A stretch of DNA of 64,000 nucleotides from NCBI GenBank assembly GCA_000388065.2, contig KB932201.1. The stretch is one strand, 5' to 3'. Each line of letters starts with the position of its first letter. The first letter of the stretch is position 1. The notes under the pieces were generated by a model. It ran no database searches. It had not been told where the DNA came from and worked only from the letters and a program-made list of their open reading frames with translations. The position numbers and the translations under genes were made by a program. The stretch is from Fonticula alba ATCC 38817 (lineage: Eukaryota; Protista; Nucleariida). This document shows, one piece after another, positions 23,603 through 34,258 of this stretch.

Positions 23603-26173
23603 TCAATTGCGCACAGTGGAAGCTGTTCCAGACTTGCGCAGATCAAACGGAGCTGCCGGCGTCTCCAGGCCACCAGCATCAGGGGCGGCCTCGTCGCCGA
23701 AGACATCGGCGTCGATGTAGTCGTGCTCGGCATCCTGGCCCTCGACAATCTCATCCTGGTTCTCGAAGTTGGCCTGCAAGTCCTGCTCGATCTCGCCCCA
23801 CACGCGCGTCGTGTATGGAAGGAACCGAGGCCGGGCCCGGCTGGTGGGCAAGACGCCGAAGATGTCACCATACAGCGGCCGAGTCATGCTATCAACCGGC
23901 GGCTGGCCCCAAAGCCCAGGAAGAACGCCCCACTTGGCCCTGTTGTAAGGCATGCCACAGTGCGTTAGTTCCGGGGAAAGCAGTAGCAACACAGGAAATG
24001 TCGCAAACAAGGGGGGAAGGACGGGGAAAGCGAGCAAGAGAGCAAGAGAGGGCGAGAGAGAGCGAGAGAGAGCGAGAGAGAGCGAGAGAGAGCGAGAGAG
24101 AGCGAGAGAGAGCGAGAGAGAGCGAGAGGATGGGAGGAAGGGAAGAAGCTAGATAGGAAGGCGACCGGGGAAGATAATGAGCAAGAGCGCACCGCTCAGG
24201 CAAGGGCGCATTGACACCGGGGATCTTCAGCGAAGGGTAGGAAGGCGGCGGTCCATGCGTCTGCATGGCATAAAGCCATGGCGGGGGGAAGCTAATGTCT
24301 GACGGGTCATGCGGCTCCAGCGGCATGCCCAGGGCCTCACGAAGCCGGGGGGAAATATAACCCGGGCGGATGTCCTTGGGCATGGTCACTTCGAATTCCT
24401 TGCCCTCGTAGTAGCTGTGAATGGGCATGGGCATGGGCATTGGGCATTGGGCATTGGGCATTGGGCATTGGGCATTGGGGGGAGGGAGAGGGGGAGAGAG
24501 AAGAAGAGAAGAGACGGCGAATGTGCCAGTTGTGTCAGCAAGGGTACATGCCCGTCCCCGTAGCCATGCAGGGAGGAGGAGAGATGTCATGGCGAGTGTC
24601 CAGGAACGCACACATCGCCATGCTGGGTCAGAGGCGGGCGAGTTTGATGAACGATGAAGGCCGCATGCAGCAGCTCATATGGAAGCTTATTGCGATCGAG
24701 CTTGGGGCGCATGCGGTCGCGCATCTTCTGCGAGAGACTTTGATTGGCCTCGCGCTCGCGAAGGTCCTCGCGCATCTCAACAATACCGGTGTCCCGGATG
24801 TACTCTAGTGTCGGGAAACAGGTCGATAGAAGGGAAGAGTGGGCGGTTAGAATCTGCCAAGGGAAGTGGGACCAAAACGATTGGCAACAGCGCGGACGTA
24901 CTGGGAAGCTCGAAGGCCGGCTTCTCGAGACCACGCTTGTTCTGCAGATATTTCCGCTTCTGAGCCCAGTGCCGGGGCACGGGGACCGCATTCTTGGTGG
25001 CCTTCAGGGTGACAAGCAGGGTGGGATCTGCGGCAGTCACATCAACCCACTGAAGAGCGAAGAAACCCGAGGGAGGGGGAGAGAAAGAAAGAGCCGTAGG
25101 GAGGGAGTTAGAAGGCGCTTGCCAGATGGGGGGGGGGGAGGAGGGGTGAAAAAAAAAAAGAAAAAGAAGAAGCAGTCAAACGCAGGACGGACCTCAACAA
25201 CATCAGGCTGGTTGACCAGGCGCTTGAGGTCGGCCACACTCAGCTGGCGCACACGACGCAGACGCTTCCGAGAGATTTGGTTCTCCTCGTCCTCATCGTT
25301 CTCATCGCCTTCATCCTCGCGGGTGTCCTGGCCGACCTCATCGAAGCGACTGATGCGAGGGGCCTCCTGGAGTGGCGGGTGCTTGTCATTAGTAATGGCC
25401 AGGGGAGGCGTGAGGGAGGGGGAGACAAAAGAAGCAACACAATGAAAGTGAAAGAAGGCAATCGCGACCTACCTCATCATCGGCATGGAGGCCGGCGGAC
25501 TTCTCGGCGAGCTGCTTGAAGCGGTTCATCACTTCCAGCATTTCCGAAAGGGCAGGATCCACGGCGTCCGGGGTGGGGAGCTCCTCCGGAACATACTCCA
25601 CAGTGACCTGCGAGGAAAAGCAGGGGAAATGCAGGTGCACGCATGTGCATGTGTTGCTGTGTAAGCACAGGCGAGAGCAGACGACACGATGAAGAAGGGG
25701 CCAGGCGGATAGAAACAGATATATATATATATATATATGGGACTCTCCAGGACAAACGCACCTCCAGAGGAGTCTCGACCTGGGGCGGCTGTTCAGCTGA
25801 CACCGACTCTTCGGCCACTGTCTGTGGCTGTTGCTGCTGCTGCTGCTGCTCCTTCTCAGACGCAAGGGCAAGGGACTTCAACTGGGCATCGGCGGCAGCC
25901 TCGATGGCCTCAATCTTCAGCCGGGCGCGACGACGCTCGTGCTTCTTCCGGTTCTTCAGCGCGCTTGCTGAGAGCGGCTTGGAAGCCTGAAAGGGGGAAG
26001 GGGGGGGAAGAGGGTAGAAGGGGTCAGTGTTGATAAGTCAGAAGTGGCAGAGCCTGGGCCCGGGCAGTGGAGAACAAATAGCAGACAAAGGCAAATAGCG
26101 AAAGCGAGGGGGAGAGAAAGAAAGGGGGGAGCAAGAGGCGACATGGTACGCGACGTACACCATCGACATTCAT
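23603..26173 (-). CDS. SF3B2: Splicing factor SF3B2/SAP145/Cus1, 8 exons; 3' end uncertain
   Basis: Exons 26173-26159, 25986-25762, 25607-25473, 25381-25193, 25049-24902, 24804-24612, 24414-24193, 23939-23603. QLSVADLKRLV..PDVVE|WVDVTAADP...VPVPRHWAQKRKYLQNKRG, YYEGKEFE, PPPWL..MQTHGPPPSYP (PSP domain), WGQPPVD..LYGDIFG. Confidence 0.92.
24052..24128. repeat. Tandem decamer (AGCGAGAGAG)x~7 in an SF3B2 intron
   Basis: Perfect 10-bp periodicity. Confidence 0.9.
24421..24478. repeat. Tandem GGGCAT/GGGCATT repeat abutting an SF3B2 3' splice site
   Basis: About three hexamers followed by about six heptamers, immediately upstream (sense strand) of the TCACAG acceptor at 24415. Confidence 0.9.
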
Positions 26174-26970
26174 CGTGGGGAGGGGGCGAAAGAGGGGAGC
26201 CTCAGAGGGAATGAAGAGTGGGCGAACGCGATGGAGGGATGAAAAAGCGGGGCAAGAGGGGAAGGAGGAAAGACGACGACTTGGGGGGGAGGGGGGGGGG
26301 GAAGGAAGAGGTGGGGGAGGGATGTGGGATGACGCTCCTTTGCCGCACACCGGCGAGCTGGGCGGTCGCTCAAAAAGAAAGAGCCCTAGCATGTGATGCG
26401 GTCAGGCGGCAGGCCTTCATTCGTTGGCAGTCGGTCCTATCGGCCGGGACTACACAATGGGACCGCCCTCTTCTGCCGCCCAGAGCCAGTTAGTCCTCAA
26501 GTCTTGCTCCTCTTGTGCCATCCCCCGGAAGGACGCCTTCCCCGCCCAGCTGGCCTTGTCTGCTCCCTGGGCGCGATCAACGCCGCCTGTGAGCGTCCTG
26601 ACGGATGCGTTACCCCGTGCCTGGAGTCAGGAATAACAAACACGAAAATGATTGGAGTTTATGTTTCGGGGCTGGGGGGAAAAGGGCGAGGGGGGAGGGA
26701 AGAGCAAAGGAGGAGGAGCGTTTGCCAGCGATCTTCCCTCTTGGTGGAATGCACGCACCCGCGCACACGCGGGAGGAGGGGAGCTGGAGAGGTTGGAAGG
26801 ACAAGTACAGGTGATAAGAGTGGAAAAGAGGGAGGTAGAGGGGGGGGGGAGGCCGATTGGGAGAGGGTGATGTTGCTTGGGCAGGACGGCATGAAACTTC
26901 GACTGTAGGATCTACAGGAAAAATGCCGAAATGAGGATCGCTGGAAAGGGATTTGTGTGTGTGTGTGTGT

Positions 26971-27011
<41 letters not shown>

Positions 27012-27208
27012 AGGGAGGGACAGTGGGGAAGGAGAGTATCGCGCTGGAGGAGGACCCTTTCTAGGCCCTGGAGAGCTGGGTGATATAAGGGGAAAGGGAA
27101 AGAGAGGACTATCAAAAGCCGCATGACCGGTGGCAAAGTCTCACGCGATGGTGGCCTTTGATCTTCTGTGTCTCTTCTTCTTTCGTCTTCCCTCTTCGGC
27201 TCGACGAT

Positions 27209-29583
27209 TTAGCGGCACTCCCAAAGCTTGATGTCTTGGTTGACAGAGCCAGTGGCGAGCAGCGGACTGGTCAGGCAGAAGTCCAGGCTGGTGACAAAAT
27301 GCGAGTGAGCCTCGATTGTTTTGATGCTGTGTGCGTATGTGAAAGGTCAGTCAGCGGAAAGGGGCGAATCAGACAATGGGTAGCATGCGGTACTTAAAGC
27401 CACAAGGAACGGGCGATGGGGGAGGGAGGGGGGGGGGGGAGAGAGAGGAGCACGGACCACCGGCCGTTGGAGAGATCCCATATCCGGAGGGTTTTATCAT
27501 CTGCGACTGACAGGAGGAATTTACCGGACGGGTGGAAGGCCAGCGCTCGGACCCAGTTATCGTGGCCGTTCTAATGGAAAGGGGCGAACGGGGGATCAGT
27601 GAGAGGAGGAGGAGTTGGATTTAGGAAGTGAGAAGTGGGGAGAAAGAGAGAGAGAGAGAGAGAGGAAGAGAAAGAAGGAGGAAAGGAGAGTCAGTAAGAA
27701 AGGATACTGTGGGGATGTATGCCGTTTGTACAGGGACATTGAGGGGAACATGGGTGTCTGCCACGCACAAAGGTATGGACACACTGGCCAGTCCGAGTGT
27801 CCCAGAGCTTGATTGTCCGATCACGACTGCCAGTGGCCACGTAGTGCAGGCTCTCCTGGACCGCGGGACCATCGCCCTCAGCGGTGGTGTCAGTGCCGTC
27901 AGGCGAGCCAGGCACGGCACTTTCACGCGCCGCTCGCCGTGCCGCCGCTGCGGTTACCTTCGGCAAGCCGAGGAGCTCACGTAGGGGAGCCTCGGCCAGG
28001 TGGGGCGCCCAGACCACGCACTCCACCACATGTGAGTGACCGCCCATGGTCTGCAGGCAGTTGCCTGTCCGGGTGTCCCAAATCTTGACCAGCTGCATGT
28101 GTTTGTGCGCATTCGCGTCATATAAATGGGGAGGAGGAGGGAAAGAGGGGAGAGAGAGAGAGAAGGACATGCGAGTCGCATGAGGGAAACATGAGGCACG
28201 GGGTAAGAATGCGTGGGTTTGCGCCAGTGGAGGAAGACAGGGGTGGACGGGGCGAGAGAGGGAGAGAGAGAGAGAGATGCGGAAGGGGAAGCGGAAATAC
28301 CACGACAAAGGGGAAGGGGAGACAACAAAGCGCACCTGGTCATTGGAGCACGAGGCGATGAATGCCCCGGCATGGGAGGGAATCGCCCGGCGAACCCAAT
28401 CCGAATGGGCCGAGGTGATCGTGCGGACACAGTGGCCGGAAGTGATGTTCCAAATGCGGATGGTGTTGTCCCGCGAGGCAGACACCAAGAGCTCACCGCG
28501 CGGCTGGATGAAAGCCACCGATGACACATTGTGATCGTGGCCGATGAGTGTCCGCACGCAGGTGTAGTCGTCCGACGCGTCCCAGAGCTTGATGGTCAAG
28601 TCGGCCGAACACGAGGCTGAGGAGGTGGGAGAGCCGAAGGGGATGAAAGACAGGAACATTAGCGGTGGCGGTGGGGGATGGAGGGTTGTGAGCGCCCGGA
28701 AGGAGGCAGGGGAGGGGCGAGGGAGGGAGAGAGAGAGAGAGAGAGAGAAAGAAAGAAAGGGAGGGAGGACGCACCAAGAAGATTGCCATTCGGGCTGTAT
28801 GCAAGGTCCTGCACGGTGTTTGTATGGCCACGACAAGTCCGCTCGAGATGCCCGGTATCATAGTCCCAGAGCTTGATGGTGGCATCTTCGGAGGAGGAGG
28901 CTGGAGGGGAGTGGAAGGAGTCAGCACGCTATTTGGGGTACATACACACACACACACACACACATGGGCGCCCATGCATTTGCCAGGGCGATGGCGGCAT
29001 ACCAACAACGGTATAGACCGGGTGGAAAGACACCTGGGTAACGGGGCTCCGGTGACCAGTGAGGATGAACTTTTCGGGAGCACTGTCGGCAGGGCGGACA
29101 GGGTCAGTTGCTGGAAAGGGGAGAGAGAGAGAGAGAGAGAGAGAGAGGCGGGAAGGGTGTAGGAAGGAGGCGCACCGAGGGAGCCAATCGCGTGTGGAGG
29201 TATCGACGCGCACAGGGGCGGCTGCCAGCTCGGTCTGGAGCTCGGCCACCTGCTTCTCCAGCTCGATCACCTTGCGCTGGAGACGGACCACCGATGTCCA
29301 CTTCTTCTCCAACAGCGAGGCGAACTTGGTCGAGGAAAAGGTTGCGGAGTCGGCCGGGTCCACACCGTCAAGGGGGACCTCGCGTGCGAAGGCCGCGGCC
29401 GACTCGCCCAGGCCATTCTGGTGAAGGTATGAGAGGATCGAGAAATTGCTGTATCCCGGGAGGAAGCGCGTCAGTGGGATGGAGGGCGAATGTGGGTCAA
29501 GGAAGCAAGCAATCCAAGTGAGGGACAGGCACGCACAGCTCCTCTTGCTGACGGGATGTCAGGATGGAGCGGGATTGGGCCAT
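27209..29583 (-). CDS. LIS1: LIS1/NudF/Pac1 dynein regulator (LisH, coiled coil, 7 WD40), 8 exons, ~452 aa
   Basis: Exons 29583-29537, 29448-29176, 29082-29003, 28900-28775, 28616-28336, 28092-27769, 27570-27461, 27326-27209. [17 protein letters not shown] (LisH), [48 protein letters not shown]-terminal IKLWECR. Confidence 0.96.
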
Positions 29584-30989
29584 CGTGCCGGGTCAGTGGC
29601 GCCGGCGGATCGGCGATTCCGGGCAGCAGGGGCTGGGAAAAGGGGAAGGTGAAGGAGGCGAGGCGGGCCGACAATGGAGAGAGAGAGAGAGGGGGGAGGA
29701 GCGTTTTTTCCCAAGAACCCGGTGCGGCGAGAGGAGCGACGGACGAGGGGCGAGCGAGCGAGCGAGCAACAGGGCGGGGAGAGGAGAGACGGGGAGGGGG
29801 GTGGGGAGGCGGGGGCGGTGAGGGGTGGGGGCGACGGGTGCCGGGCGAGGGGGGCGTCTCGGGGATGAAGGTACACCGCGGGGCCCCCGGGGGCCCGGGC
29901 GCTGGGGCCGAGAAAAATGTCCCCGGCTCCGGGTGGGGCGGGTATCTCGTCGCCGGCAGAGCGCCAAGACGGCCAGCCCAGCGGGGGCCTGCGGGTTGAC
30001 TGACCAGTAGATGGACCCCAGCCAGCCAAGAGAAGAGCTGGAGAATGGCACGTCCTGGACGCCCAGACGCACATTCGTGTGCGTCCCTCCTTCCCTGGAC
30101 ATCGCCAAGAAATGAGTGCGTATGTGTGTGTGTGTGTGTGTGTATGTGCGAGTCTCCGCGAGTGTTGTGCGGAGATGACAGGCAGCAGCCCTTGGTCCAC
30201 GGGGCACAACAGCGCAAGTGGCTGCCCCACCCGCAATGTGGTCGACAATGCCAGCCTGGGCAGCATCCAGCCTCTCATCCCCCGGGCCCTTTGGCGGCGT
30301 CTATATGTTCCCCCGGGCGCTTGACGGTCAGGCGGAGGCCCCCGAGGATGGGCAGCGGATCTTTGTCAGCTGTGTGGTGAGGAAAACGCCACCAGCAACG
30401 GCCGAAGGGGCTCCAACATTCCCCCATCCGACTTTGGTTGGGATGTCCCCACACAAGCACCCTGAAAGTGCCCCCCCCCCCCCCCCCCCGCCCGCGCCTC
30501 GCCCCCCGCGCCTCGCCCAGCTCCACTCGGCCCCGCCCCGGGCCAGCCGGGAAAGGAAGGATACCACAGGCGGAGGATGGAAAACAATGCATAGTTGCCT
30601 GCTCATGGCGAGGGAAGTGTCCGCACCCGCATCAGCAGATACTGGTGTCCGTCTAGAATCCCTCTCTGACCGACTAAAAGGGCACCAACACGGATGCTGC
30701 TGGATGGACATTCCCCCAGGTAGCTAATCCTCCCCGGCCCAGGTTCATCCCCTCCCCCCCTCCCCCATCGTTCTCTGCCCTCGGCTCCGCGGAGACAAAC
30801 TGGCGAGCATCCAGTCCCAGATCCCGGCCTCCGGAAGTTGAGACTGGGATCAGTGAAAAGGGCGATTAAAAATGCTGGCATTTTAGCCTGAAGGGGGTAC
30901 TCCGGTCGGGCTGGGGCCAGGTGCTCCCCTGCTGGAGGCCGGCGCATCCGCCAGCCCAAATCGGTTAAACACACAACACCATTTCCTCT

Positions 30990-31246
30990 GGATCGACCTA
31001 AGGCACAACGCCTCCAGGTGTAAATTGAGTCGGCTACTTGGACGAGCTATTGCGATCGACGGGGAGTTTAGCGGCGGGCACTGCCATCTTCGGCTCTTGG
31101 GGCCGCAAGGGCGATGGGCCTCGGCTTGAGCCAGGAAAGCTGACGGCTTCGGTAGCCTCTTCGCGGCTTGCCCGACCCTCGGAGGAGGGCATATTTCTCC
31201 CCACAGTGTCGCCTCAAGTGACCTGAATGCTCTGCATTAAGCCTCC
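30990..31246 (+). ncRNA. Candidate structured non-coding element (RNase P/MRP-like topology), unassigned
   Basis: Nested complementary segments found by eye: CAGGT 31015/ACCTG 31221, TTGAG 31025/CTCAA 31213, GGGGAG 31061/CTCCCC 31197, CGGGCA 31075/TGCCCG 31169, plus internal hairpins. No family confirmed. Confidence 0.3.
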
Positions 31247-31364
31247 CTCTCCCCCCCCCCCCCCCAATCCGTCGATCCACCCACCCTTATCCTCTGTGAC
31301 TTACGACCTCCCTCCACCGTCCCTGCTCGATCCCCCTTCCCCCTCTCCGTGCACCCTGGAAAGC

Positions 31365-31967
31365 ATGGCCGACGATCTGCACGCCGGCGCGGCTGTCTTT
31401 GGCGAGGCTTTCCGCAAGCTCTCCCCCGCCGAGTACGCCACTCTGTCCGAAAGTGATCGGGCAGTCTACGATGTGCGCCTGGCAATTGTGGAGAAGCGCG
31501 AGCAGGAGGGTATGTCCCTGATCTATGGGTGTTCTTCGCCTGGTGGCAATGCTGTGCAAGCTGCCGTTGACTTACTTTCCGACCTCCCCCCTCGGTTTCC
31601 TCCGGATCCCAGCCCTTCCCTACACCTGGCAGCAGACCCTCAGCGAAGTGACCGTGTCCTTCCCCCTCCCCGAGGGCGTTACTCGTGCCAAGCAGCTGAG
31701 CGTCGTCCTTGCCAATGCCCCAAAGCCTGTGAAGATTACCACGCCCGAGGGCGTGCTGTTTGAGGTACGCCATGGCCAGCTGGCCCGATATGGAGGACAA
31801 ATACACTTGGCTCGAGTTGGGTGGGCTCTTTCCTCCTCTTCTCTTCTCCTCTCTGTCTATCTCACATTTTTCTACGTGCATACACACACACACTCACTCA
31901 CTCACACACGCGCACACTCGCACATGCGCACACGCACACGCACACGCACATGCGCACACGCACACGC

Positions 31968-32006
<39 letters not shown>

Positions 32007-32513
32007 AGGGCATCCTCTGTTATCGAGTCAGCCTTGATGACACTTCTTGGTTCATTGGTGTGTTTGTCTCAATGACTGGTTCTCCAAACCTTCCCCGGCC
32101 CCCGCCCACATCGAATGCTCACACTTATGGCTCTTTTCGGGCCGTGCTCCCCTGTTTATAGACGATGGGCGACTGGTCATTGAGATGGAAAAAAGCGGCT
32201 CCGGGTCTCAGGGCGCCTGGTGGAAGGCCGTCTTCCAGGGCGACCCGGAGCTGGACATCAGCAAAATCCAACCCGAGAACAGTAGCCTGGCTGACCTGGA
32301 TCCGGAAACTCGGAAGATGGTGGAGAAAATGATGGTACACATGCTCACCCACTCATTTGTGCATGCGCGCGCTTTAAGCCACACGGTCGACCACACAATG
32401 TCTCTTCCTCTTGTGAGCATCGTCGATGACTTCTAACTGGATGGTGTTTGCCCCTTTCCCTTCGTATCTTCTGGCCTTCGAAACTCCAGCATGAGCAGCG
32501 CAACCAACGTTGA
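31365..32513 (+). CDS. NUDC: NudC nuclear movement protein / Hsp90 co-chaperone (CS domain), 5 exons, ~180 aa; last exon tentative
   Basis: Exons 31365-31509, 31613-31764, 32009-32057, 32162-32334, 32490-32513. [59 protein letters not shown] signature. Confidence 0.92.
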
Positions 32514-33088
32514 CACATGGGTCCCGGTGCAAGTTTACGTACTCCCCCCCCCCCCCCCTCCCCACAACCCAATCACCTTGACCATGATAAAACACTCCAC
32601 TATGCATCACAGCAGGTAGGCTGTCAAAGAGAGAGAAAAAAAAAAGAAGAGGTCGGGGCACAAGCAGGGAGAGCAAGTGGGAGGTAGGCTCAATCTATTA
32701 ACAGTCAACAAGTCCAACCTGTGCATGTGCATCGCCGGGGCGTGTTCTCCCTTTTTTGTACACGCCGCAGAGCTGGCGTTGGGGGGTTCTCGGGAGAAGA
32801 GACGACGTCTGCAAGGGCAGCTCGGACACGGAAATAAAGGAGCGAGGGAGTGGGGGGGNNNNNNNNNNNNNNNNNNNNNNNNNNNNNNNNNNNNNNNNNN
32901 NNNNNNNNNNNNNNNNNNNNNNNNNNNNNNNNNNNNNNNNNNNNNNNNNNNNNNNNNNNNNNNNNNNNNNNNNNNNNNNNNNNNNNNNNNNNNNNNNNNN
33001 NNNNNNNNNCGGGGCTCCGGTGACCAGTGAGGATGAACTTTTCGGGAGCACTGTCGGCAGGGCGGACAGGGTCAGTTGCTGGAAAGGG

Positions 33089-33123
<35 letters not shown>

Positions 33124-33142
33124 GGGGGGGGCGAATATCATC

Positions 33143-34258
33143 TTAGATATCGCAGCAACGATCGATCGGCTCGTTGAAGATACCCTGATCCGGACCAGTC
33201 TGGGCGGCCGGGCCACAGTGGAGACGGACACGGGAAAGGGCACTGGCGGCGGCGGCCTGGCAGGCCAGGCGGCCAACGGCCAAGCCGATGACCACCGAAA
33301 TGAAGAGGCCAGCGTGGTAGGTCATGATCAGGAGCATCACCGCATAGGCCAGAGCGATGGCCGCAGCGAGGAGGAGGAAGTTGCCCACATGCCAGAGGGC
33401 AGTGCGCTTCATCGGGGCACGACGTCCATTGCCGGACAGGATGGGCGCCTCGGCGGCCGAATCGTAGTTGAGGACCTTCTCGGAGGAGGGGGACGCGTTG
33501 TTGGAAGTGCCAGTGGCAGGGGCACCAGAGCCACCGGCCACGCGGGCCGCCGCCATGGAGGGGCACTTGCTGGTGCTGCCAGAGGGGGTGCTAGCCGAAA
33601 CAAGGTACCCGCGCAGGGCGACAATGGCCTCAAGCAGGAAGCACAGCACAATGGTGCCGATGCAGGCGCCAATCACGCGAGCCTGGCTGGTCAGGTCCCA
33701 GTCGACGAAGAGGAAGCGCACGCAGGTCTGCCCCGGGCCACCAAAGGAGAAGCCGTTCAGCATGACGGTGGCACCGGTGCAGTAAGCCGGAGCCGGGGGG
33801 TGGTGCGAGGAGTCGCTGCTGCCAGGCTCACCACCGGCCGGGGCCAGGTACTTGTTCGGGTCCTCGGAGAACATGCGGGCGCAGCCAGCGCTGCAAGTCC
33901 ACACACTCTGGCCGTTGCGAATCTCAGCACGATGGGCATGGGCATCACGGTGAGCGGGGTCCGGGGCGGTCATGCCGCACACCGGGCAGTGTGCCGGCTC
34001 GAGATCCGAATCGAAGGCCTCAGCAGGGCCAGTCGCCTCGCCAACAACAACCAGAGACGGGTCCGCACGCTCGGCCTTGTGGCCCATGCCGCAGAAGAGG
34101 GTGCGCTGGCCGTGCTTCCAGAGGACGGGGTTTTCCTCGATGGCATCCATGCCGCACGAGGGGCAGGTGGGCATGCGAGCATCAGCCATGGGGGCCGTCA
34201 TGAGGAAGGCCCCGAGGACGGTCAGCATGACGGCCAGCAGGGCGAAGAGGGGAAACAT
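33143..34258 (-). CDS. Ctr-family copper transporter with signal peptide and two N-terminal TRASH/YHS-like metal-binding domains, single exon, 371 aa
   Basis: Signal peptide MFPLFALLAVMLTVLGAFLM; CPSCGM..HGQRTLFCGMGH; CPVCGM..RNGQSVWTCSAGCARMFSEDPNKYL; VMLNGF..LFVDW; TM1 with conserved E; TM2 MLLIMTY (MxxxM); TM3 GLAVG (GxxxG); C-terminal CC. Confidence 0.9.
   Translation of the reverse strand: MFPLFALLAVMLTVLGAFLMTAPMADARMPTCPSCGMDAIEENPVLWKHGQRTLFCGMGHKAERADPSLVVVGEATGPAEAFDSDLEPAHCPVCGMTAPDPAHRDAHAHRAEIRNGQSVWTCSAGCARMFSEDPNKYLAPAGGEPGSSDSSHHPPAPAYCTGATVMLNGFSFGGPGQTCVRFLFVDWDLTSQARVIGACIGTIVLCFLLEAIVALRGYLVSASTPSGSTSKCPSMAAARVAGGSGAPATGTSNNASPSSEKVLNYDSAAEAPILSGNGRRAPMKRTALWHVGNFLLLAAAIALAYAVMLLIMTYHAGLFISVVIGLAVGRLACQAAAASALSRVRLHCGPAAQTGPDQGIFNEPIDRCCDI

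Noticed and set aside
24421-24478. GGGCATT repeat as an interstitial telomere or CRISPR-like array
   Set aside because: The unit is not TTAGGG-type, there are no spacers and it lies inside a spliceosomal intron. No CRISPR or prokaryotic genes occur in the window.
31015-31045. TGTAA plus GGCTACTT resembling an SRP Alu domain
   Set aside because: No helix-8 motif follows, the loops are not complementary and there is no Pol III terminator. The region is kept only as a generic structured candidate.
33010-33112. Near-exact copy of LIS1 exon 3/intron sequence (29042-29144), suggesting a partial gene duplication next to the Ctr gene
   Set aside because: It starts exactly at a gap edge, ends in a (GA)n run, has no visible divergence outside the repeat and lies about 4 kb from its source. 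A mis-join through the microsatellite is the likelier cause. Long reads would settle it.
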